Positions 1 to 13,206 of a stretch of DNA of 64,000 nucleotides are shown in pieces. Where the stretch lies: positions 6,791 to 70,790 of the IMG/VR virus record IMGVR_UViG_3300047320_000099; one strand, given 5' to 3'. The notes beneath the pieces were generated by a model. The model searched no databases. It had not been told where the DNA came from and saw nothing but the letters and a program-made list of their open reading frames with translations. This DNA comes from a virus. Position 1 is the first letter of the stretch; every line of letters starts with the position of its first letter. Both the position numbers and the translations under genes were made by a program.

Positions 1-2
1 TA

Positions 3-1605
3 ATGAAGCCCCTCAAGAAACCGATACGATGCTGGAATAGAACTACCCCCTACGACCTCCAGGAAGGGGTCCAGGTGACCGCCGAATGGAACGAGAGGCT
101 CCAATGGTGGGATCTCTCGTTCGACAACGCAGGAAAGACCATCAAAGCAACCACGACTGAATCGCCTGAAGTATGAACACAGAGAATCTAGAAGAACTGA
201 GAAAGGCGCCGGACCAGATAAAGATGCAGGAGGAATTCAGACCCATGCACGCCCCGATAGGGCCGGGATCTGTAATATCTAATCTCATCTTGGAAGCCAA
301 ATGCCAGATTGTCCAAGAGGCCGCTGGATATGGAACGCTGGATGGCTACTGCTTTCTCTACACGGCCCTAGCAGGCTTCCGTTGCAGACAGGGGGAGATA
401 GATGACCTGAAGGGCATGATAGCCCTCCTGGTGGCCTCCCTGAAGCACCTGAACTTCAAATACGGATGCAACGAGGACGGAACGCCCAGCGATTGGAATC
501 CTTGGGTTGAGTCACGGGAATTCATTACCCAGGCAGAGGCTATGCTGAAAGGAGAGAAGGAACTTTGAAGAAAATCAAATCAGTCTATCTGAGCGCACGG
601 GGTCAGGCGGTCTGCTCTGACATGCAGGGCCAGCAGATCGGAGAGCTTCAAAAGAGCTTTCCCGTCCTGTTTGCCGAGGAGGCAGTCAGAAATGACTACG
701 ATCCAGAAGGCGTGGTTATCGAGATGCCGATGGGCAAGGCCCGAATCTTCGGATGCTACGACTACGACGATCCAACGGTTTTTGAGGGATGGAACTGGGA
801 GTTGTTATGAACACCGACAAGCTACCCCGCTACTGCATGAACCTAACTACCGGCCAACTGGAGGAGGTGGATATCTCTGTGCCCGTGGTGCCCAATCCGG
901 CCTGGACCACGGTGGAGGACAGAGAGATCACTGGGATGACCTTCAGGGAGGGCAGGGGATGGTTCTGGCTGTCCATGCAGGACGGGGAGGTGATCGAGGC
1001 CCCGATGGCCCCACAGCCTCCTGAATTAACCATGAAAGACCTACTGGGATTTGAGCCATGAATAAAAACGACGACGCATTTGCCATGCTCGCCAAGATCA
1101 TCGTGGATGATTGGGGCGGCGATACCGTGGCCTTTTACAAGCACGTGGCTGGAATGAAGAAAGCCCAGAGCCTGCGTGCCGCCTTGGACGAATCCGCCAA
1201 GACTCTGGCATTTCAGCAGGAGACCGAGCATCTGGAGCGCTACGAAGCCCTTGCAAAGTCCCATGCCCGCCTCATAGAGGCGCTGGAATCATCTTTGAAG
1301 TTCTACAAACGGATGGGCTACAACAGGGAGATCGAGCGCGTTGAGAAGGCCCTATCCTCTGCCAAGGCACTAGCCTCCCAGCCATGATCCTACGCAACCC
1401 TGAGACCGGTGAGTTGACCAAGCTATACCAACAGCAGAATGCAATGGGCGGGCGCTACTACTATTTGGTCGATGCCAGGGGCCAGATTACCGCCACCAGA
1501 TCCGATGCCATGTTTGCGGCAAGCAAGGGTCCGCTGCTTCCTGACGAGAACTACACGCACGATAGCCTCGCTCAAATGTGGTTTTATGTAGTTACAACTC
1601 ATTGA
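3..1605 (+). CDS. Cluster of small coupled hypothetical phage genes (3-176, 173-568, 565-810, 807-1061, 1058-1387, 1384-1605)
   Basis: Consecutive ORFs joined by ATGA/TTGA stop-start overlaps; no recognisable domains. Confidence 0.7.
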
Positions 1606-1630
1606 CTTCTAACTAATTCCCATCTATATT
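1602..1630 (+). promoter_or_regulatory. sigma70-like promoter
   Basis: TTGACT-17 bp-TATATT upstream of ORF 1641-1886. Confidence 0.6.
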
Positions 1631-1918
1631 GGATGGACCAATGAGAGAGAACGCACGATCAAGGGGCCGATGGTCCAAGCAGCAGGAGAACCGGCGCGGA
1701 AAACTCCAGAACCTCTGCTATGAGGAATCGATCCACGAGGACGATATGGATCGTCTCTGCCAATTGAATGCTCTCCGGGACCGCCACTGCGATCTTTCCC
1801 ATCCGAAGGCCGTCAGGGAGATGAAGCGGTACACGGAATGCGTGACCGGGCTGTTTGTGACGGCCCTGAGGTTGAATCAAGGATAGCTGGTTATTTGAAT
1901 TAACGGAAAACAGACCCA

Positions 1919-2416
1919 ATGAAGACAAAAGAACGCCTAGGACTTGAGCGCCCGATAAATCCGATGGACTGGAGAGATTGCCGGGATTACTGGCATGACC
2001 GTTGCCATAAATGCGGTGGGGGATCTTTCGTCGGCCCTAAGAGGCTCCGCTGGTGCCAGATATGCCAGGACAAGCAAGATCTGGCAGATGCCCCGAGGAA
2101 AGCCGCCTACGAGCTAAGGATGGAGAAAAACAAACGACTGCACGAGTTGCGAGGTGACAGCCCTGAGCCACTTATGGGATCTTGGGGCCAGCCATTCGTC
2201 CCCGACTACTGCTCAAACTTGAACGCCGTGCACGAGGTAGAGATGGGGCTGGATAAATTCAACTACGGCAAGTTTTGTCAGCACTTCCAAGATGTCGCCA
2301 ACTGCTATGGAGGCGAAATGGGATGGTGCCGTGAATTTGTATCAGCCACCGCCGAAGCTCGTGTAGACGCATTAATCCTAACCCTCCAAGAATCGGCAGC
2401 AGAAATAGACCTATGA
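1919..2416 (+). CDS. Zn-ribbon plus phage ABA-sandwich-like protein
   Basis: CxxC pairs at the N-terminus; C-terminal PDYCSNLNAVHEVE...SATAEARVDALILTL resembles 21797-22132. Confidence 0.5.
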   Translation: MKTKERLGLERPINPMDWRDCRDYWHDRCHKCGGGSFVGPKRLRWCQICQDKQDLADAPRKAAYELRMEKNKRLHELRGDSPEPLMGSWGQPFVPDYCSNLNAVHEVEMGLDKFNYGKFCQHFQDVANCYGGEMGWCREFVSATAEARVDALILTLQESAAEIDL

Positions 2417-3402
2417 AACCCGAGATAGATCCAGACAGCTTAACCATAACCCTCCTCCCGTCACCCGGGGGTAGATTTCACCATAAGGCCGGGAAAGATG
2501 GGTTCACGGAGGTGACCCATAACCCGGACGGATCGGTGACCCTCCTGAAGACCGAGTGGATAGCCATGATTGAAAGAGCCGTGGAGAAACTGAAGACAAA
2601 GACCACGAGATGAGCATGAAAATCAAAGTACACCCCAACATGGAGCTGGCGTTCCGCGTTCTGAGGAAAGACCTCGGACTAAAGACCGACCAGGAAGCCC
2701 TTACCATGGCGCTCCTATTGGCCGTAGCAGCCTCGGCCCCCTGCAACGAGGTATTCATAAGGAAGGACGGCTACGAGCAAGGAATCTGGGAGTACATGAA
2801 GGAAGTCTACGACAAGGCAGTAATTGCCGGTTGAGCCATGAATATTACAATAACAAATCCCTGAGAGCATGAAGACCGAACTTACCGACACCCGATTCAC
2901 CGTAAGACCCGTAACTGAGCGCCGGATCGTTCTGGACGAGAACGGAGACTGGGAGGCAGGGCCGGAGACCGAACTGGTAGCTGTGAATCCTGGGGACGAG
3001 GGCTACGAGGCCGCCCCATATGGCCAAATCAGAACCACGATATCCGGCTTTACTTTGAGACCATGAGTCTACCCACCCAGATCCTCCTCGCCCACACGGC
3101 AGGGCGCTACCTGGCCCTCATCATCGATACTCTCCTCTTTGGCTGATATGAACAAAGGCATCCTATTCCCCTGTATTCAAAATGGCCCGTTCCTGCATTT
3201 GAGGTACTACCTGTTTTACCTGACCCAGATCTACGCTCTCCACGGCTACGCCCGCGCCAAGATAGGACTGACCAAGAGCAGCTTCTGGTACTCAGACAAC
3301 GAGAGGATAGACGTATGGTTCACAAAAGGACCAACGAACCACCTACACACCCGACAGGTAGGGGATCTGTACGATACCAAGGGGCAATGGGAGATCCCTT
3401 AA
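2413..3402 (+). CDS. Small hypothetical genes (2413-2613, 2610-2834, 2869-3066, 3139-3402)
   Basis: Coupled ORFs with phage-like spacing. Confidence 0.55.
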
Positions 3403-3659
3403 CAAAAAGGGTTTCAAAAACCAGTACGCAACTTCCAGGGACTATGGGCCGGATTGCTGACTCCGAGCTGGGGCATCGGCGCCCCGATCCTGTGTGACCC
3501 AGGATTAATGGATTCCCTTTAAAGACACCCCCTCCCCCTCCCTATCCCCACACACCCAGGTAACAGGGACAGGGGATAGATACAGGCATAGCCCTAGATG
3601 CTCCTGTGCGCCCCGTGTAGACCTTGGAGAGGGGGAATAGGGAAGAACCTAGCAATGGG

Positions 3660-3962
3660 CTACAGGCTATACTGGCACGCTCTCGCGAACGCCTTGGCCT
3701 TATCCTCCCCACCCATAGCCAGGACAGCACAGTCGCACCTGGCACAGTATGGCTTGGTCCATAGCAGCTTGGTAGCCGGATCGCCGCACAGCCCGCATCC
3801 GCTGGCCAGGATAGCCAAGAGATCTTCCTCTGACAGTCTGCGCGGCCTGTAGTCCTTACGGGTAATGTAGCTGTGGTACTCGGGGGACATTTGCCACTTT
3901 GGCGCGCGCCTAGGCTGTCCTTTGTCGCACCTTGGCTGTCTCTTTCGTTGGTCTTTCAACAT
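3660..3962 (-). CDS. Basic Cys-rich (CxxC...CxxC) protein, putative Zn-finger/nuclease-like
   Basis: CGLCG...YCARC; lone minus-strand ORF in a largely non-coding region. Confidence 0.5.
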   Translation of the reverse strand: MLKDQRKRQPRCDKGQPRRAPKWQMSPEYHSYITRKDYRPRRLSEEDLLAILASGCGLCGDPATKLLWTKPYCARCDCAVLAMGGEDKAKAFARACQYSL

Positions 3963-4103
3963 AATAGTGACTTTATCTCAATTGAGTACTGAGTAAAAGG
4001 CATATTGTTGGGAGGGAGATGGGGGTAAATGGGAGGGACAATACCTAGATTGAGCCAATTCATTGCCTTTCCTATCCCTGTAACTATTACGTTTATCGCT
4101 AAA

Positions 4104-4124
4104 CTATACCCCATAGGGGTATAG
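4104..4124. promoter_or_regulatory. Perfect inverted repeat CTATACCCC-ATA-GGGGTATAG
   Basis: 9-bp arms with 3-nt centre in an AT-rich divergent intergenic region. Confidence 0.6.
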
Positions 4125-4259
4125 GGTATAAGTGAAGATTTCTGTTAAAGTTAACAGGGTTAACGTAACCCTAGTATTGATTTCCAATAACTTATAACTA
4201 TTTTCAGTCAGACATAAAATATATCTTGTCAGACAGGAATGATTTGATAGGTTGAATGC

Positions 4260-7200
4260 ATGACCGAAACACAACTTCTCCAATCAGCTAATGCTAACCT
4301 TGCGGCTGACTCTCGTATGCTCATTGCCAATCTCACGAGTGTTGAGACTGACTTTGACCGTGAGCATGGGATTCGCATGATCTCCCCTAATCACTGGCAA
4401 TCCGCTAAGCATAAACTTTTCGGGTATTCCACCGTTCGCCAAGTCCGGTCAGCCATTAAGCGCAAGCTCGCAAAGAAAGCGGCCTGATCCACCTGTAGTT
4501 AAACCCTGTAGCTCTATCTTACCTAATGAAAACTAACGCATTACGCTATAAAGTATGGGCGCGTTCGCCGCGCATTTTCACCGATCTTGCGGAAGCTCAG
4601 GCTTTCGCGAATCGCTACTATCGCAAAACCGGGAACGTGGTTTCGATCACTTGCGTATGAACCATTACACCCATCAAGGCTATCAGAAGCGCCGAGAGCT
4701 TTCCGCTATCATGCGCCGGGCTCGCTTCTTCTCCTTCTGGTTTCCTGTCTCTCTTTCTCACTCTCTCAAACTCTCATGGGCTATTGCCCGATTCTTTCGC
4801 TAAAATCTTATGACTACTCCAACTTTCTGCCCTGCTTTCATCTTCCGTCCTTCCGGCCCTGGCTTCGGCTTTGAGTCTCACGCTGGCCAGCCTGTCATGA
4901 TTCTGGAATGTCTCACCTTCCCAGGTGATACCCAGCCGCTTTATGACATTATGGCTTCCGATCTTTGGATCGGAACAGCGGAAGCTGGCGAGCTTGAACC
5001 CATGTATCCATAAAACGCTCTAGGAGCCCTTTCCTGCCCTTCCGTTTCTCTTGGGTAGTGTCCAGGCTGTTATGCTCTCTCTAATCCTTTTTAATTCCGT
5101 TAATTCAAATAACCAGACCATGAAAGACTACAACGACATTCTTACCCTTATTGATTCATCCGACTTCTTTTCCTGGACTCGTGGCGAGCGCGTGGGAGAT
5201 CCGGCCATATTGGAGGTTTACAAGGATTCCCCCGGCCTTCGCGTCATCCACTCATTCACTATTCGCACGGATGTTTCCGGCCAGGTTCTCACCTATCACG
5301 AATTTGACGCTAAAGCTAAAGCATGGGGCAAGCCAGCCATGCCGCGCGAGATCCCGACCATAACCAGCGTGAAAGGCCGTCAAAAGCTTTTCAGCTTCAT
5401 TCAGCGGGTAGCGCTCAAGGATTGCGGTTATCCTAATCCCATGTATTTCGTTCACTTTCGCTAAGTCCGTTAATTCAAATAACGCTTAACTCTCTAAATA
5501 ATAACCTATTCATACAATGAAAAGCAAGCCTCGCGTTATCGCTTACAGGGGATTTCTCCAAGAAATCGAACGGGAATTCCCCTCCCGCGCTCGCGCCCTT
5601 CAATGGGCGCAGCAATGCGGGCTTTATATCCCCGGCATCTGCGGATCATCCGGCCCTATCGCATGGCTTGGAAGTAAAATGGAATGGGAAGCCCGCAAAT
5701 CATCCTCCCCATCTCGCGCGGAAGCTTGGAGGAAAGCCACTGCCGCCCTATGACCCTTCCCGACCCACCCAAAACCAAAGGACGCAAACCATCAGGCAAT
5801 CCATGGGGGACGCGCAGAACTTTCAGACAGACAGAGGAAGTCTGGGAAGCCTTCGATAGACTCCCAGGCTCATGCGATGCAGACCGATTCCGCTTGCTCG
5901 TTAGTGGTGCATCAAAGAAATCTCACAAAAAAACTTGTCATTCTGTTAAGGAAACATCTAACTAATCAAAGACCAATGAAAATACAGCTGATCTTCTCTA
6001 AATCCGATAAGCTTCCCAACCGCCAGCGCTTTATCGAAGCGCCTTCCGAGATGGAAGCGATCCGCACAACCCTTGCTCGTCCTGGAGTTATGCGCTTGGC
6101 GCAGAAAAGCCTTGTTGAAGGCGTGGGCGTCCTGAATTGCCACACGGTCAAGGAAAAGGCTCCCAGGCACGCTAACGGCGCTCCAATGGTATGCACAACT
6201 CACCGCTTGGAATTCAATTTCTGACCTATGAAAACACTCACAAAGACAGTTCAAGGCGTCACCTTTCAGGGGCGCGATTACGAGGTTAAAAGCATCAAGG
6301 CTAATGCCAATGCCATTTTCCAAATGGATCACATCGGCCAATGCCCTGAGCTTCGTCCTTATCAAGGGCATATGCCCTATGTCTATAGGGATGCGACAGG
6401 CAACCTGTATGCGATGGCTGTAGGGCCGAAATCAGAATCCCCCAATTGCTTCTGGAGGCTGTTGCCATGAACGAAACTGAAAACCAGATACGCCTGAGAC
6501 GGGCGAAAGAAGCCCTGTCTGCCGCCAAGGAAATCGCGGACAATACGCGCCGCGCCCTGATAGATGCTGATTCCAGCTTTAAGCGGGCAAGGGAGAAATA
6601 CGAGGAGCTTTTCCTCATAGAGGAGCAAGAAGAGTGCAAGCGCCGAAAGGAAAGGGCTTAACCAATCAACCCTTAATTTCCATTAATACCATTAACTGAC
6701 ACAAAGACGATATGAAAACTATCAAAGATCACTTCAAGGAATTGGGCGGCGTGGAGTCCAGCTATCTAGCCAAATACTGGACGGTAGAGGCTGGCTGTGG
6801 GGCTGCTACAGGCCATAAGGGCGGGACTGTCTATTTCTACTCTGACGATGGGTATGAATACCAAGCTCGCTTCAGCCCTTCGGAAAGCGATCCCTCGCTA
6901 TATGGCTGGTCGCTAAGTTGCGGACCTAATTGGGACGCTGGATTTTATCAAGGCTCAATCCAGATGCCTTCCGTGGATGAAAAGAAAGTCGCCCTAATGC
7001 TGTGGACACGCCTTGCAGAGCTTCCCGCCTCCACTGTAGGGAAGCTGAAGGTTCTGAACCTCGACGAAAAGTCTCTTTGGCTGAAAGCCCCAAAACAATG
7101 AAAGACGAAAACAAAACACTTTGGAGCCTGTGGGAATGTGATGGGGGCGCACGCTGGAGTAGCGTTGCGCCGTTCCATAACTCGGAGGGGGAAATCTGCA

Positions 7201-9094
7201 CGTTCTCCGGCTGTAGTTGTGGCGGGAAGATCCGATTCATCAAGTCCACCGATGAGCCTTCAGAGGCGTCAGAATGGTTTCGCCGTCCCTGCCACCCTAA
7301 CCACATCAAGAACACTCTGCGCGATGCCTACGATGCTTTCTGTGACGATAAGAAGGGGCTGTGCGTTGAGTTGCTGAACGGCCTGCGCAACATCATTCCC
7401 CCTAACGAACAATGCGCGAAACTTTTCGAGCAGATCAAAAAAGGAGGCACCACCCACACTTATTTTCTAGCTGCGGCCATCCGCTCACTCCCATGACCTC
7501 TACCCAATACAGCGAAATCATGGAGTTGATCCATCCCATCATGGAAGATGCGGGCAGCATCCACCAACTCATGCATGGGGCCAGACTTTGGATGGATTAC
7601 TACCCTAGTGAATCGGATTCCATGCAAGCCCTGGAATTGGTCCGTATGGTTCATGGTCTTCTGACTGTGAACCTGGCCAGGGCGGAAGAACTCATTCTAG
7701 CTCTTGAAAGGAGCCGCAACCTGTTATGACTGAAACTGAAACTAAGGAAGTAAAAAGCATGACCGATTTCATGGCTGATTTGGCTATGGATTGCCAAAAA
7801 ATGGCCATTGAGATTTTCCATTTTACCCATGATCCCGCCAATGAGGCTACCGATTCTTCCATATGGCCTGTCATTGGGCGATTGAAAGACTACTCGGGAC
7901 TTTTGGAGCACAAAACCAAAGAACTTCAAAACCTCCTCAACCCATGACCCTTATTCTCATCACAATTGCCCTAGGAATGGTTCTGTTGATTCTGTGGGCT
8001 ATCTCTGCCCCGAGACTTCCCGAAGGGCACCACAAGCCCGGTAGGCTTATTGTAACGAGGTATATTCCAAGCTCTGAATACGTGGGGGAGGAAATGGAAT
8101 GACTCGCTACCAGCAAGCACGCCTGGACTTTGAAACGCTCGAAGAAATCACCGAGCTTACTGATCAAATGACCCTCGATGAGGCCCGTTTGGATCTAATG
8201 CAAAACCCAACCAAAGAGGAGGCCGCGCGAATGTACGAGCAGGGAATTCGCCTTTGGTTTCGAGAGCATGGGATTTTAAATGGAACGCAGCGAATCGCCA
8301 AGCGCCACAACATCTGATTAATGCCCTTAACTGAAGAAATAACCATGGATAACGAAATTGCCATCGAGGAAATGAGCATCGAAGCCTTTGTAGATCACGC
8401 GAATGATCTGCACTTCCGCATAGGCCAGCTAGAAGGGGCCATTAAGGGAGTGATCCTGCATCTGGAATCGCTCGACCCCATCCTTTCAGCCCGCTCCACT
8501 TGGAGTATTTCCTATAAGGTGGAGGAAAATAACCAAGTCATTGCCAATCTAAAATCACTGATCGGAGACTAAAATGCATCCTGTAACTGAAATTTATGAT
8601 CGGATCTGTGATCTGGCAGAGAAATTCTGTCCTGAGTATCCTGATATTAAAGAGGTGAGCCACTGGGAAAAGCTCTATGCCATCGAGCAGGGCTTCCAAG
8701 GAACGCTTCTAGCCAATCAAGATGTCCACCGGGAATGGAAAGAAACCAAGGAAGCCCTGGCCTCTGCCTTGGCAGAAGTGGAAGAACTCAAGGATGGGCT
8801 TTCTGATGCCATCCAGCATTTGGATTACTGTGGGTGGGGCAGGGACGCTTGGGAGCGCGAATGCGCAGAAGAGACCCGCAACAAACTCAGTATTCTACAG
8901 GCCAAATATTCCCTATGAGCCACTTCATCAACATAGCCCTGATAGTCTGGACGCTGGGATTCTGCATGGTCTTTTTCTGGATCACGGCCCGGCTAATCTC
9001 AAACGAGGATTGGGTTGAATCCTGCCTAACCGCTGCCCTCTCCCTCCTCTCCCTATTCACCGCCTTGCTTGCTGTGGGGCAGTATATTAACTGA
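4260..9094 (+). CDS. Early-region cluster of about 18 small hypothetical genes (e.g. 4260-4487, 4526-4660, 4657-4803, 4810-5013, 5120-5464, 5517-5753, 5976-6224, 6228-6470, 6712-7101, 7098-7496, 7493-7729, 7726-7947, 8099-8317, 8321-8572, 8574-8918)
   Basis: Tightly packed co-oriented ORFs after an AT-rich promoter region (TTGTCA-16-TAGGTT at 4226-4253). Confidence 0.65.
5750..5965 (+). CDS. Putative ribbon-helix-helix DNA-binding protein
   Basis: GRKPSG..RRTFRQTEEVWEAFDRL..ADRFRLLV pattern. Confidence 0.4.
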   Translation: MTLPDPPKTKGRKPSGNPWGTRRTFRQTEEVWEAFDRLPGSCDADRFRLLVSGASKKSHKKTCHSVKETSN

Positions 9095-9096
9095 TT

Positions 9097-9351
9097 ATGA
9101 ATGAATCACAAAGCTATTTTGACCGATCCGGCCCTAATCCATTTTCGCTGCCTGCTAACGATCCCCGGGTACCTCGCCGGATGGGCTCCAGCCAAGATGC
9201 CGCGAGAATTTTGGGCTGCTCTACTTCTTTGGTCCGGTGGCTCATTGCTACTGGAGAATTGGAGCATGTAGAACGGCCAGGGAAGCGGCTCTACTTGCTG
9301 GATCTGGATGAAGTCCATCGCTACCGTCTAAGCAAAATGGAGGAACGGTAA
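9097..9351 (+). CDS. Excisionase/MerR-like HTH DNA-binding protein
   Basis: SSQDAARILGCSTSLVRWLIATGEL...LLDLDEV. Confidence 0.75.
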   Translation: MNESQSYFDRSGPNPFSLPANDPRVPRRMGSSQDAARILGCSTSLVRWLIATGELEHVERPGKRLYLLDLDEVHRYRLSKMEER

Positions 9352-9408
9352 TCCCATGGGCTTCATCATCTTCCTCATTCTTATCCCTATCTACATCATC
9401 TGGGCATC

Positions 9409-9813
9409 ATGGTCAGAAAACCGATACAGAGAACAGCAGAAGAGAAAAGGCAGCTCGGGGACAGGAACCGGGCGCTCCATCAAGCCGCCTACCGGTTTAT
9501 AGTTGCCACTGTCCAGCAAACCAAAGAAGTCCCCAACCTTACCCAACTGGCTGAATGGCTGAAAGAGCTTGGGAGGCAGCCTAGGGCTGGGAAATTAATA
9601 TCCTCAATGATTGAAACCGGTTGGCTCCTTCCGAATGGGGCTGGCTACAAACTCAGAACCAAACAAAGCGCGGAATCCGTGCTGGAGGAAATCGATTATG
9701 CCCTATCCGAACGAAAATACAAAGTTGCCCGTGCCATCCTCGACGGCTGGAATGAACAAAGAGGAAAGGCTACTTCAAAAACTGGACGAGGCCGAAGGGT
9801 ACGCGGCTCGTGA
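9409..9813 (+). CDS. Putative winged-helix protein
   Basis: YRFIVATVQQTKEVPNLTQLAEWL...LISSMIETGWL. Confidence 0.4.
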   Translation: MVRKPIQRTAEEKRQLGDRNRALHQAAYRFIVATVQQTKEVPNLTQLAEWLKELGRQPRAGKLISSMIETGWLLPNGAGYKLRTKQSAESVLEEIDYALSERKYKVARAILDGWNEQRGKATSKTGRGRRVRGS

Positions 9814-9947
9814 TACTACATCCAATCAATACGAAGCTTTCTCCAGGTTGGCGGATGTCTGCCGGGCTTTGGTGGAGGAGAATGCCAGACTCAAGGCCAA
9901 TAGGTCTACAGGCTGGTGCAACTGATCATTAATTCAAATAACGACCA

Positions 9948-12900
9948 ATGAATACTGAACTTGAGAAATTGCGGGAAGCTCTGGCATTGATGCCATATCA
10001 GCCTGATGACTCCATTGATTTCAAAGACGCTTTAGCCGAAGCTATCGCGTCCGCAAACAGAGACCGAGGGTTCACTTACTTCGTATCCCTTGACGTGGAA
10101 TCTCGTTACGCTCTGATCGGCTACCGCTCACGAGACGCCGAGGTTAAAGCCCTTGAATCCAAAGTCCACGGGGCGGAGGTAGACATCGCTGTAAGCGAGC
10201 GGACTATCGCCGTCCTGCAAGCCGAGAAGGTGAAACTAATTAAATTGCTGGCAAGAACCTACAACTACACGGATGGGGTTGATCCTGACGTAGAAGCCCT
10301 GCTCGCCAAGCACGGAAAGGAGCCATCCCAATGCTGATCAAAATTGAACTGGATCTACCTCAACATGACAGTGAGCAGGTAAACGTCTATGCCCAATGCG
10401 AGCGCCAGGAGGCTCTTGAGGGGCTTTGTGCGAGTTATGGCTATCCATCTGCCCTTGTGACCTCCGAGGGCGTAGAATTGGTTCCTGAGAACATCGTGAG
10501 CAATTACGTCAAAGGCTCCAAGCCATGGAGGAATGACATTCAGATGTCGGTGGGGGGCCTGGTTCTGGAACTGATGGCTTCCGAGAAGGAATGGAACTCC
10601 CCCGATAGGTGGGAGAGGGTAGAGCAGGCAGTAGAATCTAACAACTTTGTGGAGTGAATCTTATGAAGATAGACAATATACACGGTCTACCAACGCCGCC
10701 GCCGGGGTTTCGCCTAGCCGTCCAGGGCGACGAAAAGTGCCACGGCATCCGCGAGTGGAACGATGATGAGTGGATGCGCATTCTTCCTGAGTATGGGAGG
10801 CTTGAACCTAACGCGTTTTACGCCATCCCCCTCGACGATGGCTACGAGTACTTCGAGGCCGGGACGACTACCATTCAGGCCGGGGATGAACTTCAATGGG
10901 CATTAGATTATTGGGAAAGAGCTGCTCCAGGGAGGATCGGGTGCAAGAACCCATGTAACCCCCTGCGCCGCCCGAAGGTCAAGGTCTGCGCGACCCGCGA
11001 CGGAACCGGATTGGTGATGACGCAGGCGGGCGCGGGCACCTATGAATTCGACTGCCCAGATTGCACCGAGGCCAAGCCGCCAGCAAAAGCCCACCAGCGC
11101 GATTCAAGCGACCTAAAGCCTGGGGATCGCGTTATAGTTAAGGATGGGCAGTGGTGCACCAAACCCCCGGGCAGTATAGGGGTCATCGAAAAATTGAGCG
11201 AATCTGGAATTCCTATCGTGGATTTCGGAACGCCTGGAGGACATCACTTCATCGCTTTTGAGCATCTAGAAAAGGCCCCGGTGCCAGGGGAGAATCCGTG
11301 TCCATGGGTAACCCTGCAAGTTTCGTGCGGGCTCCATGAAATCGCCGGTCGCAAGTACAACCTTAACGAGATCCAGGGCAAAGCCATCATCCAACTACTG
11401 GAGGCCATGCAATGACAGAAATCCAAGCAATCCGAAAAGCCCTGCATGAGAACAAACCTCAACCGGGCCGCTTCTGGGAAAAAGGGATCGAGGAAATCCT
11501 GAACGAGATGCTGACTGTTCTCGAAGAGCAACAGAAAATAATAAACGCCTTCAAACTGGTGGAGAAATCCCGCTGGCAGGCGGCCTACAAAAACATGGAG
11601 CAATTCAATCAACACCAAGTCCCACGGGATTCGGATCTGGTTCATCCTACCCATGGCTAAGCAATCCACCTATGGCAGACGAGCGGCCAGAAGGCGCAAG
11701 AAGGACCAGCTACTTACCGGATATGTGGCTTGGCCCATGGCCGAACAGAAGGCTCTCCAGACGTTTTCCACATCGGCGGGACGCTGTCGTGCGATGATTA
11801 AATTGAAGACAGGCCAAGAGCCGGAAGCCTTCGGGTGGCGCATTGTTCATGCCGAAATCGTACTGCGAATATTCGAGAAGCGCTCGCTGCTTAACTCAAA
11901 CAACAAACTCAAGGAAGCTATTAATCCAAATAACGACCAATGAACCGAAACGAACGCATCGAACTGGACCAAGCTGTCCTGGAGGCCGCGCGGCATGTCT
12001 GGGCGGCAGATCATGGGGATAGACTCACTTTCGAGGAGATCCACAAACTCATCAAGGCTCAGATCCCTCTAAGGTTCTCGGCAGACACCGATTGGAAGAG
12101 CGACTGGGATGCCTGGTATGACGCCAAGGAGCGCTTTATCGCCTCCAAGGAGTACAAAGACAGCGGCAGAACCACCAATATCTTCATGGAGGGCTGGAAT
12201 GCAGCCCGAGATCACTATCAAGGCAGAAACCCTGGAGACGGACAGAAATGAGCTACGTATACCTACAACTAACAGCCGAGATCCTGCAAAAGGGTTCCAA
12301 AGCCCCAGAAAATCCGCAACGATATCACCCATTAGTCACGAACGTCTTGGGTGATTGCGTGGCGGCCTATTGCCCAGAATTAGATTTGGCAGCTTTCAAT
12401 CCATCTGAGAACGATGCCTTCCTTGAGGCGGTTCTGGATGGGGAGGACACTCTCACTAAAGATGTATTTGCTATCGTTTGCGCAAATTAGGTGGAGGATT
12501 TTTCTTATCAGGGCTCATGGGCGCTGGAGCATATGAGCAACTCTGGTGGAGAGGACTGGGAGTTGGCGCTCCCGGATATTTGGAATCACGTCAAAGACCG
12601 TCTCCATGAGAACGTGGGCCTCTACGTCGAGTTCCTGACTGGATGGCATGTTAGCGAGAGCCAAGATTGGGAAAGCGGATACAATGAAGTGGATTCTATC
12701 GAATTCGAGGGCCTTTGCTCCATTCATCTTAACGAACCAAATCAATGAATCCAAAAACAACAGCCAAATGGTACGTGGGGGTTATGAATGACGCCCCTTT
12801 CATTATCGACGCACCTCCTCGCCCGTCTACGGACGATTGCGTGCATGATCGCAAGGATGGACCGGACTTCGTGGTCCGGGTCCATGGATTGCGGGATCAG

Positions 12901-13203
12901 GACGTGAAGGACATCGTCGAGGAGCACAATCGAGTGGTTGATGTGCTTTCTGAAATCAAGCGGGATCTGGAGCAGTTAGAACCCGAAATGAAGAAGGAAT
13001 GGGACATTGCGGGCTTTTTCTGCCCGTGGAACGATCTTATCCACGCTATGCCTGAAGATTTGAGAATGCAGGGATATTCCCAATCTCCCATGGAATTCGT
13101 CTATCGGCTCACCGATCAACGGGATGAGGCCAAGGCCGAAGCGGAGCAGCTCAAAACTCAACTCAAGCAGGCCCACGAGAAAATCCGTTCATTAATGCAA
13201 TAA
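9948..13203 (+). CDS. Cluster of hypothetical genes (9948-10337, 10331-10657, 10654-11415, 11412-11660, 11653-11943, 11940-12251, 12248-12490, 12491-12748, 12745-13203)
   Basis: Coupled ORFs; 10654-11415 has an SH3/KOW-like segment (LKPGDRVIV..GSIGVIE). Confidence 0.65.
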
Positions 13204-13206
13204 CAA

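Noticed and set aside
9097-9351. Evidence of an integrating prophage
   Set aside because: Excisionase-like HTH alone is insufficient; no integrase, att site or host genes in the window
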